A DNA stretch of 64,000 nt from Takakia lepidozioides (lineage: Eukaryota > Plantae > Bryophyta), in the NCBI GenBank assembly GCA_030704615.1, contig CM060731.1:23932001-23996000 (forward strand). The letters run 5' to 3'. The translations under genes and the position numbers were made by a program. Shown here in pieces: positions 12,643-24,899 of the stretch; within the stretch, counting starts at the first letter, position 1, and each line of letters opens with the position of its first letter. The notes beneath the pieces were generated by a model that did not search any database, was not told the origin of the DNA, and saw only the letters and a program-made list of their open reading frames with translations.

Positions 12643-13450
12643 CATTGTAACTAAGCCCGAGCTTTCGTATCATGGTTGAGGCTTTGTAATCTGTTGATGG
12701 CAATGTGTTGTCGGGGGGGGGGATGGGAGAATTGACCTTTTCAGGATACATAGCAGCTCATTTGTGAATGCTGATGACACACGGTGTGTCCGGCAGGCAT
12801 TCAACAATACCAAGGTGGCAGACAAACGATCTATGGTGCTCCTAGCATACAATGGTGTCTTTAGCGCATCCTGGAACTTAAGATAGTTAGGGTCAATGTT
12901 GGGGGCATCCTCTTGCCATCCATTTGAATCCTCCTCTGAGGAAGAGTCACCTTGTCGACCATCATGAATTGGTACTCCATCCTGACTTCCTTCCCCTTTC
13001 CCCCCCCCCCCCCCCCCCCTCTATGGCTCCTTCAGGCGCTGGCCTACCTTCCAGTCTCATGTTAGATCGAGCAAGTTCGGCAGCCTCGTCTCCGAGGCAG
13101 AATGCCTCACCCAACATCCTCATCCCATCCATTTGAATGTCATTATCCAGTTGTGGGGTGTTGCAATGCTGCCCAAAGTAGGCAGCATTCCAGTCTTCAT
13201 CTGAAGAGTCCCCTTCATCACTTGGGTGCTTGACCCTTAGTCTGGGGTCCCTACCTTCAACTGCAAGGTGTCTTTGGACCACCCACCTCAATCTCTTAAC
13301 CCCCCCATGGCAAACTCTGCACGGACAACGAACCTTTCTGCGTCCCAACGCATTGGCACGACGCTCCTCTCGTTGCCACAACTTTTCATCTCGCTTGCGT
13401 ATCCTCCTAGGGTCAGAAATGCTTTCCCTCCTTGGTGCTTGTCCTGCCAT
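12643..13450 (-). pseudogene. CACTA TnpD-like transposase N-terminus, truncated before the DDE core and joined in frame to the PPR
   Basis: RCPCRVCH...QRHLAVEG matches the transposase-associated Zn motif. ALKTPLYARS..RLSATLVLLN..FTNELL..L..ILP..DNTLPST.YKASTMIRKLGLSYN is the typical segment preceding the Transposase_21 domain. Frameshifts fall at C20 (13000-13019) and G10 (12713-12722). Confidence 0.8.
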
Positions 13451-13987
13451 AATTTGGGCCTACCATGACATCATCCACCACCATACATTACAATAAAGCC
13501 GAGGCCCAATTTATAGGTGAAATAATTAGGGTTGTGAACTGACATCCCTTTGGTTAATGCAGCAGCAACCTGGCAGCTAATGTATAAACCCCCCCGCGCC
13601 ATAGATGTTTCATGGCAACACATCAGTCGTAGCAATCTGCAACATATGAGAATCTGCTCATATGTACTCATATCTGCTACATCATAATTATACATTCAGA
13701 TGTAAGGAGCAATGTGACAAGAGGATGAAGCAGGGTCACCTATGTCAAAGAAGCACTGGCCGCTTGTGAGTGCGTCAGCCACTGCTGCTGCCTACTCCAC
13801 CTGACAACCCACCCAAGGCGCGAACTATCAGCTATCAGGTCACTGCTATCAGCTATCAGCTGACATTATCAGCTTTCCCTGCCAGCTATCTCATAGCAAT
13901 TGTCCCGAGCAGGAAGGTGGTAAAGGCCAAACACAAGAGAAGGAAAAGGCTGCAGTAATAAAAACAAGGATTGTTGAGGATAATCAC

Positions 13988-14155
13988 CTGGGGAAATGGC
14001 AGCACTGATCTGCTTAGAGGCAAAGTATATGTGTTTCACCAGTGATATCCGCTTAATAAACCACTCCCCAACAAGTAGCATTGGGGCTTTGATCCATGAT
14101 GACACAAACACTCCCACCAAGAAGATAAACACAAATGATGTCACAAACCCCAGCC
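13988..14155 (-). pseudogene. COV1: Single captured exon of a COV1/LCV (DUF502) gene
   Basis: GLGFVTSFVFIFLVGVFVSSW...VGEWFIKRISLVKHIYFASKQISAAISP. The 168-bp exon is bounded by TTTTGCAG| and |GTGATT splice sites. Confidence 0.85.
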
Positions 14156-15186
14156 CTGCAAAAGCACCAACACCACGAACACCCGTGCTTGATGAGCAAC
14201 TTACAATGAACACAAACGAACAGATGCACTGGGTATAAACTTTTGGCTGGGCCATGGATTTACTGCAATATGAGCAGCATCAAGTATGCATGATTCTCGA
14301 GAGCACCCCTCTCTCCATCCCTAACTTGAATTAAACGTCATGGACCAAAGACAATAACCTACTCATTGTCATGTCAAGACAAGACTTTACAAAGTCATGG
14401 TCATTAAAAGACAAAGCAACCTTACAAAGGTTCTATTTAACATCTTCTTCCCTTCAAAACATCTGATTTGATTCTTCGTTGTAGATTTCAGGGTACCTGA
14501 AATGTTTGGGTGGGAGGGTAGGAAAAGTAAGGCATTCATCATGAAATAGTAAAGAGATTTCATCACCACACATTCAAACATGATTCTCATTCCATGGAGC
14601 ATGGAAGTATTGTTCCAGAACCTGCTTACAACCACTTTAGATGAAACAAAACAAAAACAGAGCTATTTGATTTTTCAACAGGCAAAACCATGCGGTAAAA
14701 TGTTGTCCCAGATCCCTATCAACACGTCTCTACTATGTTTGAAGAAACAAGCTTACCAATTACGAACCTTATACCAGGTCAAAGAAATATCTGTTTGGAA
14801 TTTCAATAGCTTGAACCAGGTAAGAGATTATTACTCCATAGCCTTATGAATGCACTGCCATAGTAGCAAGCAACGGAAAACAAATACCAGTAAGCAGGTC
14901 TGTCTGAATTTTCCTTAAGGTGTTGTCAGGTCCTTATCAACATTTTGCCATATTTGAAAAAACAAACCCATCAAGCCCCTACTTGATACCACAAATTCTT
15001 AATCCAGAAAACCACTGTTAAGTGATTGAGTTTAATCCAAATCGTTGCAGTAACATAAATACTCAGTCACCACTGTAGCTACTGTTCACAATCAAGAGAC
15101 CAAGGGTGATAGAGAAGAGATAAACAGGGAAGAAGAAGAAAGGTTGGGCAGCCTCAGGGAAGACAAAACTCACCATGCAATTGTCA

Positions 15187-15375
15187 CTACGACGATGCCA
15201 AAAACGAGTAACCCACATAGATAGCAGCATTGACTATGTAGCAATCATCGTTCTTGTCGCCCATGGCATCCCAGGCACACCCACTTGAGTATATGAGCCC
15301 ACCATCAACAACACAATACAAGGCAACACCACTTGACTGTATGAGCCCACCATGAACAACACAATACCACACTTG
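15187..15375 (-). pseudogene. C-terminal fragment of a Lin0512-family plant protein with an internal 51-bp duplication (captured)
   Basis: VVDGGLIYSSG...MGDKNDDCYIVNAAIYVGY matches the conserved C-terminus of this family as I recall it. YCVV(H/D)GGLI(Q/Y)SSG occurs twice. Confidence 0.75.
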
Positions 15376-15644
15376 TAAGACAACAAAACAACTGCTCTCA
15401 TAAAGCCACACACAAGAAGGCAAATAAATTTTGCACACCTACGGATAATGGAGATACATTTGAACTTGTCTTCAAGCTAAACGGAGCTGAGCCACTATGA
15501 TGCTTTTATCATAACCTTCATACCTCTGTATTTTTCTTATGAACCGCTGCCCAAATCGGCAAACTCTGTAGTAATGTGACACTCCAATTGGAAAACTTCA
15601 CCTGGTTTCTTAGGCAATCCGCCCCGCCTGTATCGTTGACTGAC

Positions 15645-18600
15645 ATGAAGCCTCCCTCCACCACAGCAAAGTTCATTAGCAGTAGCAGAATGGACAAACA
15701 CTCCAATGCAGTTGGGGAAGGTGGTCCGTCACTCACGCAGGAGGAGGAGGGCCTGACTGAGTATGAACGCATGCGGAAGCGGAATCTTATCCGAAACGCA
15801 GAGCGCATGAAGGAGCTCGGTCTTATCGAGGACACAGATCGGGAGTATCTCTTTCACCTTAAACCCTTATTACATTCTTTTGCTTCGCCTTCCTTTATGC
15901 AGGTAGTCTTCTTCTTTAATGTAAGAAGGTCAAATCTTTATGCTTTCTCCTCTTGCTTTTGTGTTTTTTAAGAGTCTTTGTTCATGGGGCGTCAGTCCTC
16001 TTCAGCTGCAAGTACGAAGTAGAATCTACAGTAAAATTGAAGTTGAAAGTTTCACTATGACTAGGATAAAACTAACATGTGGCAAAGTATTAGTGGAGGG
16101 GAGCAGCGTTGCCCTAGTTTTTTTTCTTAACATTCCCTCGCCTTGTAGCGAAGGGCCAAAGGCTGCAGGCACCTTGTTTTCTACGGAGGAGCGTGCAGGT
16201 TGTGTGGGACTGACGTTGCGGAAGGTGTTGTGTAGAGTGAGGCAGAAGCTGGGCCTTCGCCCTGCTCTTCAGAGGCGGAGTGCTCGGATTCAAGAGAGTG
16301 CCATGGGAGGCAACGACCGACGTCCAGTAGTGGAGTCTGACGATTCGGAGAAGAGTTTCGATAGTGAGGCGGATAGATTGTTCCAAGCAAATGAGGCCGA
16401 CGACTCGGAGGAATCAAGCGCAAAGGCAGAACCCCCATCCCCGAAACGGGTGAATGAGTTTTCCACCAAGATGCCACGATAAAACCGATGCTAGTTTTTG
16501 CTCTCTCTCCCACTCTGTTTCTTGTGTCCTTATCATTTGCATTCATTTGTTTCATGCCCAAATTCTTGGTTACCTGGTCAGTGTTGTCCTGAACGAGAGG
16601 GACGAGGGTTATGTCTTGTAGTGATTGCCAAAATGTATGTTACTTCAGGATGAGAAATGCAGGAAAGGAAGATTAGAGTTGCAGATTGCGACACTGAAAC
16701 CCCAAGTTCGACAGAAGTCTCAGCCTGTGACATATGGACATTTCACGCCACAGACTTCAAGGAGTTTTGGGTCAGCCTTTAACCTCCACAGTTACGAGTC
16801 CTTCAAGTGTTCGATATGCATGTAGGAAGTGAATGACAACAATGCCCTTAATACTTTTGAGCTACATAAGTTTTACTAACACAGACTTTGTGATCTTGTA
16901 GGATCGTGCAAAACGACAGAAGGGCTCTAATTCAAAGACCCCTACCATCCCTGTAGCCCCAATCTCTCCTGGTGGCCAAGGCTGGTTGTATGGGACTGTC
17001 GGGCAGATGTACCCTGTATCATCATCATCCTTCCAACAGCTTGCATCAGGAGGCAATTACAACCAACAGCCTCAGTACATACAGAGTCCCCAAAGCCCAC
17101 AGACAGGTAGTTTCAACCAGCGCCCCCCCCCCATGCCGGGTTACTTGAACCCATACTCAAACTTGCCACCCTCACAGCAGCCCCCTTTCCGGGGTGCTCC
17201 GGTGCAGTTTGGAAACCAGCCTGGCTTTCACAACTTTGGGAGCAACAACCAGCCTCCTGTGTTGCCGTTTCCTTACCAACAACAATAGAGCCAACATGGT
17301 GGTGCAATGGGGCAAGCTGCCCACCCAAATTGGGGGCTTGTGGGAGGATGGGGTGCTGGACCTGTACGTGATGCCGTCGTCAAGGGCAAAGCAGCAGCAA
17401 AGGATGTACAGCCAGCAGTGGAGGGGGCAGCAGCAAAGGCGCGAAGGGCAGAGCTTCGACGGGAAGCAAGGAAAGACGATAAGGACTTGCAGGAGCAGTG
17501 GAAGCGCAGTGCCTCAGAAGGTCAGCCTGTCTACACAATTACTACTACTAAGATAGGTGACATTGCGAAGGGGAAGTCGAAATGGCAAACAAAGATAAAA
17601 GGCCACGTTATACGCTGTCTTGACTTTGGGGCTAGGGGAATTAAACACCAGAATGAGGATAAGATAAATTTCATTGTCAAGGAGATGCAAATTGAGTTCC
17701 GGTATGCACCATTTCCTCTGAAGGCAAACGCAGTTCGTACTTACATAATGAATTTCATGAAGAGTGAGAGATCTCGCTGGAAGAGAGAGTGGACTGCACA
17801 CAATCCCAGGCCCGATGATTGTCCTCCACACGCGTGGAAGAGCTTGGTGGGATGGTGGTCATCGAAAGAGGGCCAGGAGGAGGCCGAAGACAAGGCTGCA
17901 TCTCGTGCTGTAGTAAAAAAAAGAAGCCACGTTGGACGGGTTGGAATTGCAGGGACAACAGCCAAATTGGTAAGATGACTTATATGTATATTGCATGGGT
18001 TGACGCAATTTGTAATTTTGCCACTTCAATGTCTGCGGTCACCTAATGGGTCTTGTTGTGGCTGTACACAGGGGAAAGAAAGCGAAGGAAGCCCATCCAT
18101 TCAGGCCTTAACTGCAGCGTTGACAACTCCCAAAGGATACTCGAAGACTTGAAGTGCAAGGGTAAGACTATCTAACTTATAACTCAGGTTTGGGGCTTCA
18201 TGCTTGGAGCACCTTTTATTTTTTCCTGGTAGTGGATTGGGGAATATGGAGGAGAGAGAGTGGAGATGAAGGAGGCTGGATGGAGATGATGTGATTGAAG
18301 ACTGTGGGGAGGAGGCTACCATTTGGAATGTTGGTGCTGGAGATATGGTAATTAAACACAGAGCTAGTAGTTGTTTGAGGTATCTGGTGATGATGCTCAT
18401 TGGGGCGTAACTGCTGCAACCTGCCCCTGATGTCTAGTACATGTCTTTGGGTATTTTGTCAGTCACTAACTTGTAGCATCTCCACGTTAGGTCAATGATT
18501 TTGTGGACGCTGCTATACGCTTGGTGAAAAGGCTCAGACCTCTGCAGCAATTAACCATGAACTGAAGTAAGGGAAATTAATCCGTACGCTTTCTTTTGGT

Positions 18601-20853
18601 TCCTTAAAGATGGGTTTCCATTAGGTCTAGTAGTTGTTTGTGTCGTTTTGATATTTAGTTGTTGTGGCTGCTTGTAATGACTGACCAGGAGCTGAATAGG
18701 TATCCTATTGTTGTCGTGATAGAACACGAGCTGCAGCTGAAGGGAGGAAACGTGTGGATTTAGTTTTGGCTTCATCATGAATGGCGCATCACCCAGAGTA
18801 GCAGCTGTTCTTGTTCTCCTCGATGTTTGAGTGCTGGGAGGTTGGAAGTCATGGAAACAAGGGGTTAAGAGTTTATTTATAGGGTCGTGGCAAGGCTGGT
18901 TATTTTACATACTCGAATGCAGTTGCATTCATTTGTACACGTCTCTTCATTGGTGGCCATGGCTGCTGACCATCATTCGTGGCCGTTGCTAAATAATTGT
19001 CAAAGATACAATGTCGGCTTTGCCTGGTTTTTGGTGCCTCTTTGACATGTGGTCCCTGTTGTTGTACTGTGCAACCTGAGCCCTTGGGAACCTGTGGAAG
19101 TCTCTTCATGTGTTTTGTTTTTCCCTCTGTCTCTACCTCTCTATTTCTCTTGGGCAAACCACATGCAGGTTCTATTGCTGATGACGTTGGGATGTCTGCA
19201 GGGGTCCGGGAGTGCGCTGTCACAGCAGCTGGAGGGAATCACGAGTTGGAGAAGTGGAGTGGATTCACGGCTGAATGACATGTCAGCAGAGATAGTTGAG
19301 AGTCGACGAGAGGTTAAGGACATGATGGCGTTGGTGCTCAAAGCAATGAGTGATGCTGCCATGGTTCTTAAAGTGTCGCCTCCCCGTGGGCAAGAAGCTC
19401 CTACAGACACAGGTAAATTACCCCCTGCCTCAGCTATTGCTAGGAAGAGTCTAGGATCTGCATTTAAAGATGCAGAAGAAGGGGGGGGGATCACCTGCTG
19501 GGGGCCTTGCCGAGCCACCCAACGCAAAAGTAATTTCGCTCGAGTCCAAGGAGTGTGGTTCAGAACGTGACGTAGAGGTTGTACAGCTGGAGAGTAGCAA
19601 GCGGATGAAGGGAGGAGGCAAGGAAACAGGAGAAGCCCTTACAAAATGCTCTGGGGAAAGTGAAGTGGCACGCGCCACGCCTGGTGGGACACATACAGCG
19701 TCTGATGATCCCAGTAAATCCAAAGATTCTAGTTCACAATGTGAGGAAAAGGTCGCAGAGATGGACAACAACAAGAGGGTGAAGGGAGGAGCTAAGGAAA
19801 AAGGTAATAGAAGAGGCGGGGTCCCGGTGAAGTTGAAAGCCGGGCAGACTTTGAACCTTTCCTCATCTGCAATTGCTTTGGAAGGTCATGTTGCACAAGG
19901 GGAGAGTTGTCAGGGAGGAAAGGATAAGGGTGGGGGGGGTGCAAAGAGGAAAATAGGTGGCAGAGCCCAGCAGCTGCCGTCTGATGGTGGTGAAGATGTC
20001 CCCACTCCAGAGGGCACCCACAGTATGGAGAGCAAACATTCCTCACCTGGCAAAGTACACCATTCAGAACAAGAGGTAATATTTCTTCCTATCCATCAAT
20101 TTATTACCTCAACGCATTCCTCTCTTAATGTTGGCTTGAAACAACGGAGAGGTATGTTGGTTGCCTTTGCTGGAGCTCATGGAAGGTGATGACAACTGAT
20201 GACATTAGCCTGGATGGTTGCAGCACTGAGAGCCTTGGTGGCTACAAAGGGGGTTGATGTGAACGGTAGCATTTTTGCGCTTTGTTCCATGCTGTCTGAT
20301 TCATGGGTACATATTTTTTTGGTGGCAGAGGTCTGACTTACAATGCAAGGAACTGTGTGATGCACGGCCAACAACCAACCGGCCTGCAACTCGAGGACAT
20401 GCCAGTGCTGCTTGGGCTGAGAGTGCCCCACCCATAGCGGTAATTTGATCTTTCCTTGATGTTTGCAGTTTTCGAACATTGCGGTTTTATTGCAAGTACG
20501 TATTGCGGAGACTAGACTGTTCGTTTCATCTTTGGTTTGATTTGAAGTCTGAACTGTCGATATTGAACTGCTAGTGTGTTGGCATGCAGTTTAAGAAAGG
20601 ATACAAGGTCTATTTGCGCAGCTTTAAGAAAGTAGGTCTGGTTGTTGGTTGGGGCAAGATTGTTGGGGTTTATGGCAAAGTGGGCTCGTTGCCAGATGGG
20701 TACTATAGTGTTCAAGTTGAAAATGCTATTGAGCCAACGCACCTTATACCTTCTTGCAACACCGAGGCTTCTGATAGTGAGGTCACTTTGGGTGACATGG
20801 TAGGCACCACCGTTCTGTGGAACTACAAGTTCCTGAATTCATTCACGAAATGA
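15645..20853 (+). pseudogene. Multi-exon CACTA TnpA-like/ORF2 gene (Transposase_24-like plus C-terminal TNP1/Transposase_23-like region), disrupted
   Basis: LTEYERMRKRNLIRNAERMKELGL near 15755-15825. RPDDCPPHAWKSLVGWWSSKEG...ASRA..SHVGRVG at 17307-17978. KVYLRSF..VVGWG...YYSVQVE...TLGDMVGTTVLW at 20584-20853. In-frame TAG at 17286-17288 and a frameshift at a G-run (19481-19489). Exon boundaries are not fully resolved. Confidence 0.7.
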
Positions 20854-22670
20854 TTCCGATGTTCTCTTGACATGTCCACGATAGTGCTGGACCTAGCTGA
20901 AAAGCAAATTTTCCTTACTCAATGACTTAACTTGGGCAGTGATCTATGGATATGGCAACATGGGCGCTCGATGTGGCCAAAACTTGTTTTGCAAAACACT
21001 CTTGATATAAGCCAGTTTTGAGCCATCCAAATGTTCCGGGTTCCTGCCATGTATTTGTATTCTATGTTTTGTTGTATTTGTAAGATATTTTCAATGCAGT
21101 GCAGCGAATCAAAAATTTAAATACAAAACCCACTAATTCACATATATATTCATATAAAATAAAAAGTAAATAAATAAAATAACAGAATCCACAAAAACAA
21201 AAACAAACAAATATTAAACAAAAAGCCTCCCTAATTTCAAAATATATTTAATATTTATAGTTTTAATATTTATGTACACCCTAGAGTGAAATATATTTAT
21301 TAAAATATGTCCTCTTTTATTGCTTCACAGTAAAATACTACATTATACACAGTCAAGCGAACTCACTATCACTGTGACAGTCGAACCGTATACTAAAAAT
21401 CATGGCACACAGTCATTATGTTCCACTGATACAGTCATAGTATAGTAGAAGATATATACCATGCTACTCGACAGTACTTCACTTTACTATATACAGTAGC
21501 CTTCCACGCAAAATAGTAATAATTTCTGTAGTTTGAGTAGATTACAATCACTTAAAGTCAAACATGTCATCCCGTACTTTACTACACGTCATACTTCAGT
21601 TAAACCACTTTACTTGATGTCCTCACACTGAGGTTAAGCCACTTTACTACACGTCATACGTCCACGTCATACTTCAGTTAAACTACGTTACTGTACGTCA
21701 TTCATCCACGTCATACGACTGTAGAACCACTTCACTATACATCATGCATCCACATTATAATTCAGTTAAACCACTTTACTACACGTCATAGCCACGTCGC
21801 ATCCATGTCACATCCACGTCATACTGTGCTGCCTACACGTCGCAACTTGGTTTTACCGTCACATTTCACTGTCAGAACCTGGCATATGGATTCGACTCCT
21901 TGACTGAAACGACTTGACCTTTGTCACGCATGTTCGACTATGGAGGCTGGGAGTAAAAATGTCGCAGACGACTCAAAAATGAGTCAAATACAGAGTCGAA
22001 AAGCCCAGCTTATATTGTAGTGATAGTATTGATTTTATTTTTCAATACCAGGACCCGGCTGGTATTAAAAAAGGTAAGACTCGCCCAACACTGGTACATA
22101 CATCTAGTATATGTGAAAGAGTTCAATAGGGGATATTTATAGTGTATTATAGAGACAAAATTCAATATTAAGAGTTTTGACATTTCATTAGCTATTACCA
22201 TTATCATATATATAATATACATAAATAATATCGTAATGTATCAGTAAATTGCAACATATTCACCACAAAACCAAAGAGTTGCACTTGTAACGGTTTTGTA
22301 AACTAGACAAACCATTGATTTATGTTTTGTGGTTCTATCATAATTAATATTTAGAAATGTTGTAACATTTACACTGAATGTGTGAAGAAAAGAAAAGAAA
22401 AACAATATTAGAGAAAATTTGACAGAAATGAACAATGTTGAAGTTCAAAGGAAGGGTTTTATTTTTATAAAAAAATTAACAAGGAAATTTAAAATATTTA
22501 AACATAAAAACTAAATAGATTTATAATTATACCTTTAGTATCTATAGAGTTTCTTTTTATTTTCATTTGTTTTTGGTAAGGAAGCCCTTTAGAGCTTTAT
22601 ATCTGAAGGGAAAACAATTTAAAACCCTTACGTGCCCCAAGGCTGCTAAACACACGGGAGACCGTGATGG

Positions 22671-23048
22671 AGATACCAAGGGAACAGTAGCTAAGAAAGG
22701 ATATCCACGACCGAGAGCACGGGATGAAGCAAGACTCCATTGGGGGGAACTTCTAGAGTGCTGGTTGCAGATACCAAGGGAACAGTAGCTAAGAAAGGAT
22801 ATCCACGACCGAGAGCACGGGATGAAGCAAGACTCCATTGGGGGGAACTTCTAGAGTGCTGGTCGCAGATACCAAGGGAACAGTAGCTAAGAAAGGATAT
22901 CCACGACCGAGAGCACGGGATGAAGCAAGACTCCATTGGGGGGAACTTCTAGAGTGCTGGTCGCAGATACCAAGGGAACGGTAGCTAAGAAAGGATAGCC
23001 CCGAGCCACAGCACGGGACCCCATTGGAGGGACTTGTAGAGTGTTGGA
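22671..23048. repeat. 98-bp minisatellite (3 near-identical copies plus one degenerate copy)
   Basis: AGATACCAAGGGAACAGTAGCTAAGAAAGGATATCCACGACCGAGAGCACGGGATG... starts at 22671, 22769, 22867 and 22965. Confidence 0.95.
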
Positions 23049-24899
23049 AGACAGCTTACAGAGTGTGTAACCCGAGTTTTTTTATGTGTATTTATAACAT
23101 AGTAGTATGTGGAGGACACTAATTGAGCCCACCCCCCAAAGGGAACAGTAGCTGCAAAGTGAAGTGGCTCTTTTGTTATGCCGCCCTTGGCCGGAGTCCT
23201 CTCTCTCGAGAACACTATACAAATAAGGTAAGACCTTAATGCACTCGTGCCATATGAAGATTTCGGCGGCTGGGCTCCTCCGGCAGGACCCCTGTCAAAT
23301 CCTCCCCAACCCCTCTTATCTCCCACTTATTTCTCTATTAAATACTGAAGAATCCAGAAGGGTGTCATGCAGTGGTGAGGAGTGTGCTAGTAAGGTGATT
23401 GCAGTGCAGGCGATGCAATTACAGATCCAATTCTTGATGGGAGGCTATTGTAGTGTAAACCCGGTACATCATCAGCACCCGGTGTAATCCCCTGTAACCT
23501 TGGAGAAGTGTCTTGTGTGTAATTCTTCTTAGTCCATTTATATAACTTAGCCAAATTTGGACTTAGTCAAATTTTGAGAACAAGTGTGAGTGACACCAAG
23601 TGGAGTTACACTCCATTCCGTGTAACCCCAAGTGGAGTTATACATCCCGTCGTGTAATCCAATGTAACCCCAAGTGGAGTTACACTTCCCACCGTGTAAC
23701 CCGGTGTATTCCCGCCTGGAGTTTACACTCCTTCCTTCAATTCCATGTCACTCTCAAGAGAGAGTGGGAAAGATTTGACATGCCAGAAACCAACGTATCG
23801 TCCTATCAGAGGTTGCACGTGTGCATTAAGTTCTTACCCCATTTCTAGTATTCTTCGTAATATGTCTATATTTTCAATTATCCAAAATATAGACAAGAGA
23901 TAAAAATCCAACATTAAAGATTTTGAAATTTCATACTATTATTATATTTATAATATATATTATAATAATATAATAGGTATTTGAAACATGCTCACAATCA
24001 AATATTCAAAAGTGCTTTTACATTTTATATTATATATGTGAAGAACCAAAAGAAAGAAAGTAAGTAATATTAGAGCAGATTGGATAAAAAGATATTCATA
24101 AGTCGGTTTTCTTTCGGGCAGCTCAAAAAAATGACAATAATGACATGGCATGACGATGAATGGTTGACCGTGGTGACCATGACATGTCACTATGGCACCA
24201 TATTCATGCTCTACACTAAAACTAGTCTGCGACTTTCAGTCTCAGTAGAAATAATTGAATTCACTACTCAGACTCCACATCCATTTGGGTTGCTGGAAAA
24301 TTAGAAGTAATAAATGTACGAGGGTACTGCTCTAGCTTTGCACAAAATTTCAGTCTTTTTCTTCCATGGAAGTTATGGTTAATAGCCAACACGGGGCATT
24401 TACAAGTATTTAGCAAATTAGCACAACAAATGAAGAGAGGAGAAGCTTGGTAAGTCAAGCTTACTAACGGGCTCCCCACTTGCAGAGAGGAAGAAATAAC
24501 TCCCTCAAGGGTGAGACCCACAACATTCCACACAAGACGTGGACAAAAGGGTTTTCAAGGGAATATGTCAAATATCATTTTTTTTCCTTAGAGGAGTATG
24601 CTCATGGGGATACCCAACCTTTCCTATGAGACTATAGGCCAAGCCACACATGGGGGTTAAGGAGCAAATATGGTGTACTACCCGCCAGATTTTCCTTAAC
24701 CAGGGCCGCACATAGCGGGGTGGTTACTAACCTTGTCGGGGCCTGTCCGGCATGGTTAACCAGAGGCAACAGCCCAAAACGGGGGGGGTAACTACTGTAC
24801 AATTAGAGGTCCGTTTGGGAGAACCTTCGACAGATATCGGCGTTTTCAATTCCCGACATTCGTTCGTTCCCTCAAGCTTCTTGATTGGCAATCCACATA

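Larger units (their letters stand above)
9826..22022. mobile_element. CACTA (En/Spm) element carrying captured host gene fragments (Pack-CACTA)
   Basis: TIR CACTACAA...TTGTAGTG. Perfect 3-bp TSD ATA at 9823-9825 and 22023-22025. Internal TnpD-like and TnpA-like coding remnants. CCACGTCAT-type subterminal repeats at about 21570-21840. Confidence 0.9.
7944..22093. mobile_element. Non-autonomous hAT element forming the outer shell of a nested insertion
   Basis: Left TIR CACTGTTGG has one mismatch to CAGTGTTGG; right end is CGCCCAACACTG. Perfect 8-bp TSD GTACATAC at 7936-7943 and 22094-22101. Same TIR type as the hAT at 50531-54899. Confidence 0.75.

Noticed and set aside
22671-23048. Regularly spaced repeats resembling a CRISPR array
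   Set aside because: Units are identical end to end with no unique spacers, there are no cas genes, and the context is eukaryotic.
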